Origin: an uncultured Bacilli bacterium | Lineage (GTDB): Bacteria > Bacillota_I > Bacilli_A > RF39 > UBA660 | Assembly (NCBI GenBank): GCA_947626095.1 | Contig: CANQQV010000006.1 | Location: forward strand, 21,643-85,642 | Reading direction: 5' to 3' | DNA: 64,000 bases | Shown: positions 49,593 to 59,859 of the stretch, in pieces | How the letters are laid out: the number at the start of each line of letters is the position of its first letter | How positions within the stretch are numbered: the stretch's first letter is position 1 | Notes under the pieces: generated by a model | Database searches by the model: none | What the model saw: the letters and a program-made list of their open reading frames with translations, nothing else | Told to the model about the DNA's origin: nothing | Position numbers and translations under genes: made by a program

Positions 49593-50828
49593 ATGAGAGA
49601 AAAAAAAGATGCACGTTTTGAACAATTAATAGCAGGAGCTTTAGTTAAATTTGAGAAAATTGATACAGTTGGTTTAACATTATTAAGTGGGGGACTCGGA
49701 ATAAATGGGATTACACTTAGTGATGGACCAATACAAGATATAGGAAGATACGTTGAAATTAAAGATAATGAAGTAGTAGTAAGAGATGAACTAAGTTTAG
49801 ATAGTATGATAGGTGGTTATACTACTTTAAGAGAAAAATTAGATAATTATCAAGGTAGTAAGATTAGAACATATTTAAATAATTTAAATTTAAGAAATTA
49901 TGTAATGCGTAAAATAAGAGAGTATTCAGCTATTCCAGTTCAAGATAAAGATAAATATTTTAGTAGAGTAGAAATACCAGTATTGGAAGAATTATTAGGT
50001 AATGGGTATGTTGATGTTAGATGGAATGATGATTATATTCCTGAAGATTTTCAAGAGTATTTTTTAACGAAAAAAGGGTTAGTAGAATTATTTAAAGAAG
50101 ATAATGAAGATTTATTAGTTGATTTTGTTTTAGAGTTAGAAAGTGCTTGTTATGATGTTAATTTATTAGATGACTTTTTAAGAGCGCAAAATTTAAATGA
50201 TAAGCCTCAAGAACTGTTAACATTATATAATTTTGAGTTATTTGGTAGTTTGTATGATCGTAATATTTTAGGAGAGAATGCTTCATTACCACAATTTAGG
50301 GAATTACATTATGAATATGGTAAAGGTTATGATGAAGAGTCAAAAGCTTTAATTAGAGACTTATTAGAAGTATTAGAAAGTGATCATTCGGTAATGCTTT
50401 GTCATCCTAATCATATTTTTAAAAATAAACCAATTACGAAGAATAACCAAGTAATAACAAGAATTAATTGGGATAATATTAATCCCCTTAGAATGTTACA
50501 ATGTGCTGATTATGGGGAATTTGTTGAAGCAGGGAAGGCTTACCAATTTGCACATCGCCGTTTAAGACATCAAATATTACCAGCTTTGAAACAAGGAGAT
50601 AGTAATGTTGTTAAATACTTAGTTGTAGTTGAAAAGTATGATTTTGATAATACCGATAACTATGTTGTTAGAGGAATTATTAAAGGGGATGCTAATAGTA
50701 TAAGTTTAGCTTTTAATCCGGAATATGCTAAGACAATAACACGTAGTGTATGGGAGAAAGGCTTAAGAATGGGTGATAATAATACACCAGAATTGTATTT
50801 AAAAAAGCAACATCCAATTAATGAATAA
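49593..50828 (+). CDS. Hypothetical protein
   Basis: 411-aa ORF with GGGAG SD. Confidence 0.8.
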   Translation: MREKKDARFEQLIAGALVKFEKIDTVGLTLLSGGLGINGITLSDGPIQDIGRYVEIKDNEVVVRDELSLDSMIGGYTTLREKLDNYQGSKIRTYLNNLNLRNYVMRKIREYSAIPVQDKDKYFSRVEIPVLEELLGNGYVDVRWNDDYIPEDFQEYFLTKKGLVELFKEDNEDLLVDFVLELESACYDVNLLDDFLRAQNLNDKPQELLTLYNFELFGSLYDRNILGENASLPQFRELHYEYGKGYDEESKALIRDLLEVLESDHSVMLCHPNHIFKNKPITKNNQVITRINWDNINPLRMLQCADYGEFVEAGKAYQFAHRRLRHQILPALKQGDSNVVKYLVVVEKYDFDNTDNYVVRGIIKGDANSISLAFNPEYAKTITRSVWEKGLRMGDNNTPELYLKKQHPINE

Positions 50829-50896
50829 TGTATATTTACTTTTTATATTTTTGTGCTAATATATTAATCACTAATTTATGGGAGGATTAGTAAAAT

Positions 50897-52012
50897 ATGG
50901 GATTAAGTGATAAATTAAAAAAGGCTTTTAAGAAAGAAAATAATGAACCATTACCAGTTGTTAATAGAACGTTTGATAATGGGGAAGATTTACCAAAAAT
51001 TGTTTTTGATGGACGTAGTTCACTAATTGCATTAGGACAATGGATGGGGATGTTAAAATCAGTAAAAGTCAAAAGAGCTCTAGGGGTAGAAATTCATGAA
51101 CATTTAACATCTAATGAATTAGATCAAAGAGAAAAGGTTATGGATAGTGAATTACAAGAAACTAGTAGAGAATTTGCTAGATTACTTGTACAAGCTGGAG
51201 TAGAAAAGAGTGAAGTAGTGGTTATTAGTGATTTTGATGAAGAAAAGGGAGCTTTTAAATGTCATTTACAAAATACTAATAAAGATTTAGATATTGATTA
51301 TCGTTATGGTAGTTTTTTAGATGATGGTCCTTCATTTACAGTTCAAGAAGGAGAAAATGTTACTAAGTATGATTATATTTATGCTTGGAATGAATATCCT
51401 AGCTATTTAAAAATGGCGAATTATACAAGAGTGAATCCAGAAACAAAAGTTAAATATTGGTTTTATAACTGTGAATATTTCTTAGCTTGTGAATTAGAAG
51501 ATAAAGATTATAAATTATCTATTCATGTTGATTATCCAAAAGATTTAGAAGATGATGATAAAGAATATTTTGATTTTGATAAGTTACGTGATTCTTTAAT
51601 GAGTATTAGATTACCATATCAAGCAGATGAAATGTTTAAGTTAGTGCAAAGTTGTATGATATGTAGTTATGATATTTTCCCAGCAATTGAAATAGAAGAA
51701 AAGAAAGTAACTAAAGAGCAAAATGTAGAATGTGAAGAAATAACTAATGCAATAAATGTTAGTAATGGTCAATTAAATAGATTTGTGGTAACAAAAGATA
51801 ATCGTACCATAACATTAAATGGAGATAAGAGTTGGATTCATCAAAGCGATAAAACAATAATTGCTGAAGATAGTCAAGGTTATGTATCATATCATGCAGA
51901 AAGTATTTTAAATAATAATCTATGTTTAATAGATGTTCCAGCTGAATATGATTATGCAAAAGAACAAGTACAAAAAGTAAATGCTTTAACTTTAGATTTG
52001 TTGAAGAAATAA
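50897..52012 (+). CDS. Hypothetical protein
   Basis: 371-aa ORF with GGAGG SD. Confidence 0.8.
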   Translation: MGLSDKLKKAFKKENNEPLPVVNRTFDNGEDLPKIVFDGRSSLIALGQWMGMLKSVKVKRALGVEIHEHLTSNELDQREKVMDSELQETSREFARLLVQAGVEKSEVVVISDFDEEKGAFKCHLQNTNKDLDIDYRYGSFLDDGPSFTVQEGENVTKYDYIYAWNEYPSYLKMANYTRVNPETKVKYWFYNCEYFLACELEDKDYKLSIHVDYPKDLEDDDKEYFDFDKLRDSLMSIRLPYQADEMFKLVQSCMICSYDIFPAIEIEEKKVTKEQNVECEEITNAINVSNGQLNRFVVTKDNRTITLNGDKSWIHQSDKTIIAEDSQGYVSYHAESILNNNLCLIDVPAEYDYAKEQVQKVNALTLDLLKK

Positions 52013-52044
52013 AGAAAACTACTTGCTAAAAAGTAAGTAGTTTT

Positions 52045-53181
52045 TTATTCGTTAAAATATTCATATAACCAAATAGATGGATAACCTAAATACTTAATAT
52101 GAAAAGTATAAAGACCTTTAATATTATCGATAGTTACTTCATGAGAGTCAGCAACGGAGTTATTATCACCTTTAGTTCTATAATAAGTAATATTATTTTC
52201 TTGGCGTTTAGCGATAAGACGATGAACAATAATTTTATTTTGGTCGGAAAAAACAATAATAGAATTTAAAGGAAGATTGTTTAGTTCATCTTGTGGTAAA
52301 GTTTTGTAGATAATCATATCACCACGTACTAAATTAGGTGACATACTATTAGAGAGAATAGTTATGGGTTTATATTTAAATAAACCAAGGATAAAACAAA
52401 CTAAAAGAGTAGCCAAAATAAATGTTAATGCATAACTTATTATTACAAAAGAGTTATTTTGTTCTTTTGTAATTGAATTTTTAAAATAAAGATAAATAAT
52501 AAATAATTCAAGAATTGTTAACATACATTTTGTGAGCCAACTGATATTGGGAATGATAGGTAAGAATATAGTTATATTATTAATTAAAATAAATAGTATA
52601 GGAATTAAATAAGATTTTTTTAATGAGAGATAAGTAAAGAGAATATTATTACAGATAATGGGTATAAGATCAGAAATTAAATACATCATTAATAGTTTTT
52701 TATTATTTAAAGCGCCAAATAAATAATTAAAATTAATTTCACTGATAATAATTAAAATAGTGATTAAAAAATAATAGATTTTATTTTGATTATGGTTAAT
52801 TAAGATGAATCTAGTTAGTTCAATACTAATTATAGGAATAATATAAGTAATAATATTAAAGAAGTTATATGTTAGAGGATTTTTTAAAAAACCTAGTTTA
52901 AAACCTAATAAATAATTAATAGTAATATAACTAAGAGAAATAATAATAGTTACTAATATATCTTTATAAGTAGTTTTTTTAAGATGGATATTTTTTAAAT
53001 AGATGAAAATATATAAAAGGATAAATAAACTTATAATGAATTTATAAGGTAAAAAAATAGATGTTATGGCATATGATAATAATATAAAGAATAAAGGTTT
53101 GTTTTGGATGTTTTTAATTATAAAAAATATATTAGATTTATTTCCAATATAAGGTTTAAATAAATTTTTAATTTTGAACAT
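52045..53181 (-). CDS. SipW/ER-type signal peptidase I with multi-TM N-terminal domain
   Basis: ILSNSMSPNL.RGD, IVHRL, TKGDNNSVAD, LGYPSIW. Confidence 0.85.
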   Translation of the reverse strand: MFKIKNLFKPYIGNKSNIFFIIKNIQNKPLFFILLSYAITSIFLPYKFIISLFILLYIFIYLKNIHLKKTTYKDILVTIIISLSYITINYLLGFKLGFLKNPLTYNFFNIITYIIPIISIELTRFILINHNQNKIYYFLITILIIISEINFNYLFGALNNKKLLMMYLISDLIPIICNNILFTYLSLKKSYLIPILFILINNITIFLPIIPNISWLTKCMLTILELFIIYLYFKNSITKEQNNSFVIISYALTFILATLLVCFILGLFKYKPITILSNSMSPNLVRGDMIIYKTLPQDELNNLPLNSIIVFSDQNKIIVHRLIAKRQENNITYYRTKGDNNSVADSHEVTIDNIKGLYTFHIKYLGYPSIWLYEYFNE

Positions 53182-53662
53182 AGTTAATAATTCCTGTTAT
53201 GGTATTAGTATTAATAATGGGTAGGGTATCAGCATCATTTTGATACTTAATAGTAATAGTAAATGATGTTTCTTCACCTGTATTTAGAGTTTTAGCTATT
53301 TCACTAGTTTCAAAAATAATGGGACAATCTTCAATAGTTTCTTTACTCATAAATAAAACATCATCTAGTTTAGCATTAACGGTTCCTAAGTTAGAGATGG
53401 TAATTTTGTATTTTATTTCATCACCGGGATTAACTAATTCAGCATTAAAGTTAATTTTAGTATTAGTAAAAGTTGGAGTGCCGGGATTAGTTCCTTCAGT
53501 TGCAGTGATAGTTTCAATATTAGTTATTCTGATGTCCCATTTACCTTTGATAGTAGCTGTACCAGTGATATTAATATTAGTAACAAAGGAAGCATAACCG
53601 ATTGTCATAATAGAGATAGTTAATAATAGGATAAGAATTATTAAATATTTTTTCTTTTTCAT
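53168..53662 (-). CDS. Secreted TasA/camelysin-like SipW substrate
   Basis: Signal peptide ending in IGYA/SF; L.NPGD...Y.ITISNLGTVNA motif; overlaps the peptidase gene. Confidence 0.65.
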   Translation of the reverse strand: MKKKKYLIILILLLTISIMTIGYASFVTNINITGTATIKGKWDIRITNIETITATEGTNPGTPTFTNTKINFNAELVNPGDEIKYKITISNLGTVNAKLDDVLFMSKETIEDCPIIFETSEIAKTLNTGEETSFTITIKYQNDADTLPIINTNTITGIINYVQN

Positions 53663-53795
53663 TTTATACTCCTTTCAAAAAAGCATTAACACTATTTGAA
53701 AGATTAAAATGAATAAAATAGTTTCTTTATAATAACTATTCTCAGTATATTGTATGTATTTGTTTAATAATTGGTGACATAAAAAAAAACCAAGT

Positions 53796-54089
53796 TTAAT
53801 TGGTATTATATTTTTTTAGTTCAATTAGAGTAAAACCGTTTTCTTTAATATACTTATTTATTTCGTTAATTTGTTTAGGAGTTAGTTCGTTAATAAAAGG
53901 ATGCTCGTTAAGATTATGATAGTGGTTTAATGATATAACTTTTAATAAACCAAAAGGTGAATTATAAATATTGTTAAGCTTGTAGTAGTTAGCTTCTTTA
54001 GAGACTCTATTAGTATAGATAGTTTGATTATTATTAAGTCTGTTTAAATAACTAGGATATTCTTCTTTAGGAAAAGTTATATAGTTCAT
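53796..54089 (-). CDS. Hypothetical protein
   Basis: 97-aa ORF starting 2 bp after the upstream stop. Confidence 0.7.
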   Translation of the reverse strand: MNYITFPKEEYPSYLNRLNNNQTIYTNRVSKEANYYKLNNIYNSPFGLLKVISLNHYHNLNEHPFINELTPKQINEINKYIKENGFTLIELKKYNTN

Positions 54090-54091
54090 AA

Positions 54092-54940
54092 TTATTGAGT
54101 CCTTTTTAAAATATATTGATCATCGTTAAGAACTTCTTCGTATGTAGCATTATTATTGCCGCGAACTAAATTAATTCTTAAGAATGGATTATCACGATCT
54201 TCATTTATTTTAACGGTAATACTTTGTCTTTCACGACGATCTAGTAATTTACCATTTAAGTAAGCGTATAATAAAGCTCTTTCAAATGGTCCTTTAACTT
54301 GCCCAATATTAATTAAGCGTTCATTATAAAATTCTAGTTTTCTTAGAGTTAAATTAAAGGCGCTATCTCTTTCTAAATTAAAATATTCATAAGCTGAGTT
54401 TCGTGTGGCAAGTTTGGTATGTAAGTGATTCATAAAACCGTGTAAAGCGTCGTATAGTGTTTGTAAGCCTAGGGCGTTATCTATAGTATCAATGTAAGCA
54501 TGATCTAGATTAACTAGGTTAGGGTGAGAAGTATTGACGGTTTTATATCGTGGTATTTTACCAAAATAATTAGGACGTAAGCCATATTGATTACGGAATA
54601 AATCGTTTAAAGGATCTAAAAAGTATAAACCTTTATCACCTTCAACAACTAAAGCAAATAAAGGTATTTGAGCACTATTAGCTATAACTCTTTCAGCTTT
54701 TATACCATATTTTTTAAATATTTCAACATAAAGATCAGAAATAGTGGCACAGACAATATATGGAGCTTTATTAATAAAACCTTGATTAAATTGTTTTAAT
54801 TTTTCTTCATCACTAGCTAAGAAATAATCTAAATCTCTTTGAAAGATAGGAGCTAATTTGACATATAAAAAACGAATGATATAGTCTTTAGGCCATTCAA
54901 ATTTAACTTGTCTTAAAATTTCGGCAATTTGTTCATTCAT
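54092..54940 (-). CDS. Hypothetical protein, possibly transglutaminase-like
   Basis: IIRFLYVKLA..FQRD, IVCATIS, YFLDP; the expected catalytic His was not seen. Confidence 0.6.
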   Translation of the reverse strand: MNEQIAEILRQVKFEWPKDYIIRFLYVKLAPIFQRDLDYFLASDEEKLKQFNQGFINKAPYIVCATISDLYVEIFKKYGIKAERVIANSAQIPLFALVVEGDKGLYFLDPLNDLFRNQYGLRPNYFGKIPRYKTVNTSHPNLVNLDHAYIDTIDNALGLQTLYDALHGFMNHLHTKLATRNSAYEYFNLERDSAFNLTLRKLEFYNERLINIGQVKGPFERALLYAYLNGKLLDRRERQSITVKINEDRDNPFLRINLVRGNNNATYEEVLNDDQYILKRTQ

Positions 54941-55045
54941 AGTTTAAGCTCCTTTTTTTTACACAAACCTGCAATAGGATAACATAAATAAGAAAAAAAG
55001 TCTAATATTTTAGTGGGTATGTTAAAATAAGTTTGGTGGAGATAT

Positions 55046-55699
55046 ATGAAGTTAGAAGATCTTAATAAAGAATATGATAGATTACAAAAGAAGTATGGGG
55101 CGAAAGAATTAGATTCAATTTATAATGGCGGATGTAGTGATAAACCTAATATATGTTTTGTTTTTATGAATCCAACAGGGCGTAATATAGCTTCTAGCAA
55201 AGAATGGCATGGTCGTAAGTCACCATGGATAGGAACTAAGAATATTTGGGATTTATTTTATCCATTAGGTTTAATAAATAGTGATACGTATAATAAGATT
55301 AAAGAAATTAAAGGTAATGAATGGACGCCAACTTTTGCTGATCAAGTATATGAAGATATTACGAAACATAAAGTATTTATAACTAACTTAGGTAAATGTA
55401 CACAAGTAGATGCTCGAGAATTACCTAATGATGTATATAAAAAATATCTTTCTTTATTAGAAAAAGAAATAGATATAATAAAACCTAAAGTAATTATATT
55501 ATTTGGTAATCAAGTAAGTTCGATAGTATTAAATAATAAGATATCAGTTTCTAAGACACGTAAACAATTATTTGTTAAAGATATATACAATAATAAATAT
55601 GATTGTTATGCTGTTTATTACCCAATAGGTAATGGACGTTTTAATATTGATAAGGCGATTGAAGATATTAAATGGATAATTGACAAGTATAACTTTTGA
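55046..55699 (+). CDS. Uracil-DNA glycosylase superfamily protein
   Basis: ICFVFMNP, VFITNLGKC, EIDIIKPKVIILFG, YYP. Confidence 0.75.
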   Translation: MKLEDLNKEYDRLQKKYGAKELDSIYNGGCSDKPNICFVFMNPTGRNIASSKEWHGRKSPWIGTKNIWDLFYPLGLINSDTYNKIKEIKGNEWTPTFADQVYEDITKHKVFITNLGKCTQVDARELPNDVYKKYLSLLEKEIDIIKPKVIILFGNQVSSIVLNNKISVSKTRKQLFVKDIYNNKYDCYAVYYPIGNGRFNIDKAIEDIKWIIDKYNF

Positions 55700-55733
55700 T
55701 AATAATATTATATAGTAGGATAATACATTATAG

Positions 55734-56912
55734 ATGGTGATAATGATGAATAGGGAACGTGTTGCTAAATATTTAGAAATTTGGTTAAAGTATATTAGAA
55801 AAGAAGATTTAGAAGAATTAGAAAAAGATATAAATATGCCTTTAGTACCATTTATAACTGATGTATTAGAAAACTTATATAATAAATATATTGAAGCAAT
55901 ATATTTTGTCCCTGTTAAATATGATACGTATGATTCTTATATTATTGCCCCTAAAAATGGATATTACTCTTTAGAAGATTTTTTGTTAAATAGATTATTC
56001 AGAAGTGTTACAACGTTTATTTATTCTGATGAGTCAAAGACTTTTAGACCTGAATCGCATTATATGCATGATTTTGGTGAAGTATTAATTGATAAAGATA
56101 GAGTAAGAAATAGATTAGAAGAAGTTGAACGTCGAAGAAAGTTAGTAGCTCATGAAATATTACATGGTATTAAGACACAATATTTTAGTGGTGATTTTTT
56201 TGATGCTGATAGATACTATCAAATGAAAGAAGAAATGAAAGAAACTTTTGGTAGAGAAATTAATGATTTTGGAGTTTTAAGAAATCAACCAAATGATTCG
56301 TATAAACATTGTGGACTAAGATATTCTTCAGGAATGATAAAAAAATACTTAAGCCAATATGCTGATTTGGATATTACTAATTTAGATGAAATATTAAATG
56401 AAAGTGATTCTATTGCTATGGCAAAAGATAGTTATAGAACAGTAGTATCATTAGATAATAATGTTTTAATGGTTTTATATAATCCAGAAAGTTCTAATAC
56501 TTTTATTACTAATTATGCATTTATTATAGAAAGACTTGTAGATCAAGAAACTTTATTTACGGGATTATATATTGAACCGGAAATATTTTATAAAAGTTTT
56601 AATTTTATGTATACTCCTTTATTTCGAGCAAGTTATGGTAGTAATTTATCAGCGATAGAAATACTTACTATTCAGTTAAGTAATATTAAGAAAAATCCAA
56701 AAGATATTAATTTGCATATTAAATTATTAAATACTTTGTATGATTGTATTGGCATAAGATATGCAATGTGTGGTTATAATAATGGAATAAGAGATAAAGC
56801 AATTGCTTGTATTGGTAATAAAGGCTTATTAGAAGTAGTTAATAATCGTCTTCAACCACTACCTAGTTTACGTTATGCTAGTGAATATGAAAGAGTACGA
56901 AATAAAAAATAA
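55734..56912 (+). CDS. Hypothetical protein with HExxH zincin-like motif
   Basis: LVAHEILHG and downstream LDEILNE. Confidence 0.65.
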   Translation: MVIMMNRERVAKYLEIWLKYIRKEDLEELEKDINMPLVPFITDVLENLYNKYIEAIYFVPVKYDTYDSYIIAPKNGYYSLEDFLLNRLFRSVTTFIYSDESKTFRPESHYMHDFGEVLIDKDRVRNRLEEVERRRKLVAHEILHGIKTQYFSGDFFDADRYYQMKEEMKETFGREINDFGVLRNQPNDSYKHCGLRYSSGMIKKYLSQYADLDITNLDEILNESDSIAMAKDSYRTVVSLDNNVLMVLYNPESSNTFITNYAFIIERLVDQETLFTGLYIEPEIFYKSFNFMYTPLFRASYGSNLSAIEILTIQLSNIKKNPKDINLHIKLLNTLYDCIGIRYAMCGYNNGIRDKAIACIGNKGLLEVVNNRLQPLPSLRYASEYERVRNKK

Positions 56913-57068
56913 AAAACATCTTGATTGGAGATGTTTTTTGATATTTGGGGTTAGTTAATATTTTTAAAATTGTTTAACGAATGTAATGTTACTAATAATT
57001 TAATTAAAATATGATATGTTAATGTTATAATACAAGTATATTAAGATAGTTATGTAAGGAGTTCGGTT

Positions 57069-58613
57069 ATGTTTGTCGATGATTTAAATAACATACTTCC
57101 AGTTAGGATTAATAAAAATGATATTAAACGAATTCTAGATAATGGAGAAATAGGTTTATATCAAACGATAGTAATGCATAGATTTACTGGTAGTATAAAT
57201 GGTAAATATGTATATGAATGCAATGAAGAAGAAATAAATAGCTTTGTTAAGAGAAATATTGATTTTCTTAAAAAAAAGTATAAACATTTTTTCTTTTATA
57301 CAATGTCTGAAAATATAAATGAAGATTTTATTAATTTATTAAATCATCTTCCTAATGAAATTCCTATATTAGTTGAAATTAAAGATTTAACTAAAACAGA
57401 TTTAAATCTCATAACACGAATTATAAATGATTTTAAAAATAGAAAAATATATTTTAAAGATAATATACGAGAGTATACTACAGATGCATTGTTATATTTA
57501 ACTAAGCTTCTTGATGTTAATAAACTGGTAAAGTTCGGCTGGAGTAATGAAAGATCTGCTGAATTATATATGCTTGATGATTTAAAAAGAGAAGATAATT
57601 TAGTGATTAATATAGAAAATGTTAATGATCCAAAAGTAGTAGCTAAAGAGTTATATAAATTAAAACAATTATTTCAAAGAGATGTTCTTGAAAATGTTAC
57701 TATTAATATAGAAATTACTAATATAAGAGTTTTTAAAGTTTTAGGTAATATTATAGAAAGTTTTGAACAAGATGATGAATGGCCTTACGATAAAATTAAG
57801 TTTAATTTAAATGTTGATAAAATAGATAAGCAAATTACTCATAGTGCTAGTAATTTTGGTTCTTTTAGTCATCTTGAAAGTGCTATTTTTATAAATGCTC
57901 AAGGTATTCAATATAATAGTTATGGGGAATATGGAAATTTTCAAAAGTATGTAAATTTTGTTTTAGGAAAAGTTCCAGCGACAGCGACAGAATTAGAAAA
58001 AGTAGTTTATGTTAGTAAATTTATAGTAGAAAACTTTCATTATGATGATGCTCATTATGAAAATAAGTTAGCTGGTGAAGGAGGAACACCAATTAGATCG
58101 ATGGCTGAATTTGCTTCACATGGTATAGGGGTATGTAGAGATTATGCAAGATTAACAGAGTATTTATTAAACAGACTGGGAGTTAGATGTGAGTATATTA
58201 GTAGTAATACATATGCTTATGAAGAAGATGTAGGTATTTCAGGTAAAATAAAATATGGTAAAACTGGCGAAATAATGGATAGTAAGTACATTGGACATGC
58301 TTTTAATATAGTATATATTGATAATCAACCTTATTTTATTGATAATACTTGGTTAAGTAAAGGACAAAGAATATATAATTCACCTAATATGTTAGTATCG
58401 ACGGAGAACTTTTTAAAAACACATGGTGAATATGTAGAAGTTAAAAAATATGATTGTCCTGCAGATTATGATAGATATGATATTTTAGATGCGGAAAGAT
58501 GGGTAGAAAGATACTGGTTATCATATACCAAAGAAGAAATCGCGTATCTTTACCAAATGGGAATTGATAATCTAGCTAATAATATTAAGCCATTATCAGC
58601 ACCAAAATTTTAA
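57069..58613 (+). CDS. Transglutaminase-like domain protein
   Basis: GVCRDYA, GHAFNIV, IDNTW (Cys-His-Asp triad). Confidence 0.85.
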   Translation: MFVDDLNNILPVRINKNDIKRILDNGEIGLYQTIVMHRFTGSINGKYVYECNEEEINSFVKRNIDFLKKKYKHFFFYTMSENINEDFINLLNHLPNEIPILVEIKDLTKTDLNLITRIINDFKNRKIYFKDNIREYTTDALLYLTKLLDVNKLVKFGWSNERSAELYMLDDLKREDNLVINIENVNDPKVVAKELYKLKQLFQRDVLENVTINIEITNIRVFKVLGNIIESFEQDDEWPYDKIKFNLNVDKIDKQITHSASNFGSFSHLESAIFINAQGIQYNSYGEYGNFQKYVNFVLGKVPATATELEKVVYVSKFIVENFHYDDAHYENKLAGEGGTPIRSMAEFASHGIGVCRDYARLTEYLLNRLGVRCEYISSNTYAYEEDVGISGKIKYGKTGEIMDSKYIGHAFNIVYIDNQPYFIDNTWLSKGQRIYNSPNMLVSTENFLKTHGEYVEVKKYDCPADYDRYDILDAERWVERYWLSYTKEEIAYLYQMGIDNLANNIKPLSAPKF

Positions 58614-58709
58614 TTAATAGAGGAAAATACCAATTAATAATTGGTATTTTTTGAAGTGACTAAGTGTTTCTCGTGAATTTGTTTTAGTTTATAGTATAAT
58701 AATATTATA

Positions 58710-59189
58710 TTGGTGATAAGTATGGATATTAGATATGCAGTAAGAGTTTTTGTTTTTAAAGATAATATGATAGCTTGTATTAAATATAAAAATATTAATA
58801 AAGATTATTTTGATATACCGGGAGGAAAAATTGAAGATGGGGAAACAGAAGTGCAAGCTTGTATAAGAGAATTTAAAGAAGAAACAGGAATGGATATTAA
58901 TGATTTAAGATGTATTGGTAAAGTTGAGATTATGTATCTAGATAAGAATAAGAAATATGTTATTAGTACGTATATAGCTAATGAAGTAAATGGTAGGCCA
59001 TTAGATTTAGAAGATAATTATACTTATTGGTTACCGATAAAAGAATTAATAAATAATGAAAAGAGATTAGCAATTACCCATTTATTAGATGATGACTTAA
59101 TTAAATATTTTAAGAAAGAAAAGGTAAATATTTTATTTACTTGTGATGATCATCATAATATTACAGAAATGGAAATAATAGAAAATTAG
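58710..59189 (+). CDS. NUDIX hydrolase
   Basis: PGGKIEDGETEVQACIREFKEETG. Confidence 0.9.
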   Translation: MVISMDIRYAVRVFVFKDNMIACIKYKNINKDYFDIPGGKIEDGETEVQACIREFKEETGMDINDLRCIGKVEIMYLDKNKKYVISTYIANEVNGRPLDLEDNYTYWLPIKELINNEKRLAITHLLDDDLIKYFKKEKVNILFTCDDHHNITEMEIIEN

Positions 59190-59202
59190 GAGGTAGGTAT
59201 AA

Positions 59203-59804
59203 ATGAATTATTTAGGTAGTAAAGAAATAGAAACAGATAGATTAATACTAAAAGCCCAGACTGTGCAAGAACAAAAAAGATTATGGGAAATCTTAATGAT
59301 GCCTGAAGTAAATAAATATTTTTTAACTGTACCTTCAAAGTTTAGAGAAAAATTACTAGATTGGAATAAACAAGAAGAGTATTACAAAATGGATATGGAA
59401 CATGCTAATGATTCTGATGTTTTTAGATGGAGTATTTTTTTAAAGGATACAGGAGAATGTATAGGTAGAGTTTCATGTCAAGAAGGACACGATAATGATT
59501 CTAGTATTACAGATCCTAGTATAAGAGGAGTTGGGTGGTTAATAGATCCAGCTTTAAAAAAAAAGGATATGCTACAGAAGTAGCAATGGCAATGATTGAT
59601 TATATGTTTAGGCAAGTAGGTATAAAAGAAATTAGAACAGGAGCAGCTATTGTAAATCCAGCATCATGGAAGATAATGGAAAAACTAGGGTTTGTAAGAC
59701 AAGATAAAACTAAAATGGTTCAATATATATTTTTAGATGAGCCAGTAGAAGATTATTCGTATATTATTACTAAAGAACAATGGATGACTTTAAATAAAAG
59801 ATAA
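59203..59804 (+). pseudogene. RimJ/RimL-type GNAT acetyltransferase interrupted by a -1 frameshift (ORFs 59203-59583 and 59535-59804)
   Basis: IETDRLIL N-half and KKKGYATE...NPASWKIMEKLGF C-half join at the A9 tract 59556-59564. Confidence 0.8.
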
Positions 59805-59859
59805 ACAATTTGAAATACATAAATTTAATTATTCTTGTGAGTAAAGGAAGAGATTAATA

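Noticed and set aside
39655-53597. Short ORFs 39655-39846, 48878-49186, 50887-51072, 51759-51959 and 53319-53597
   Set aside because: All are antisense overlaps of longer, better-supported genes.
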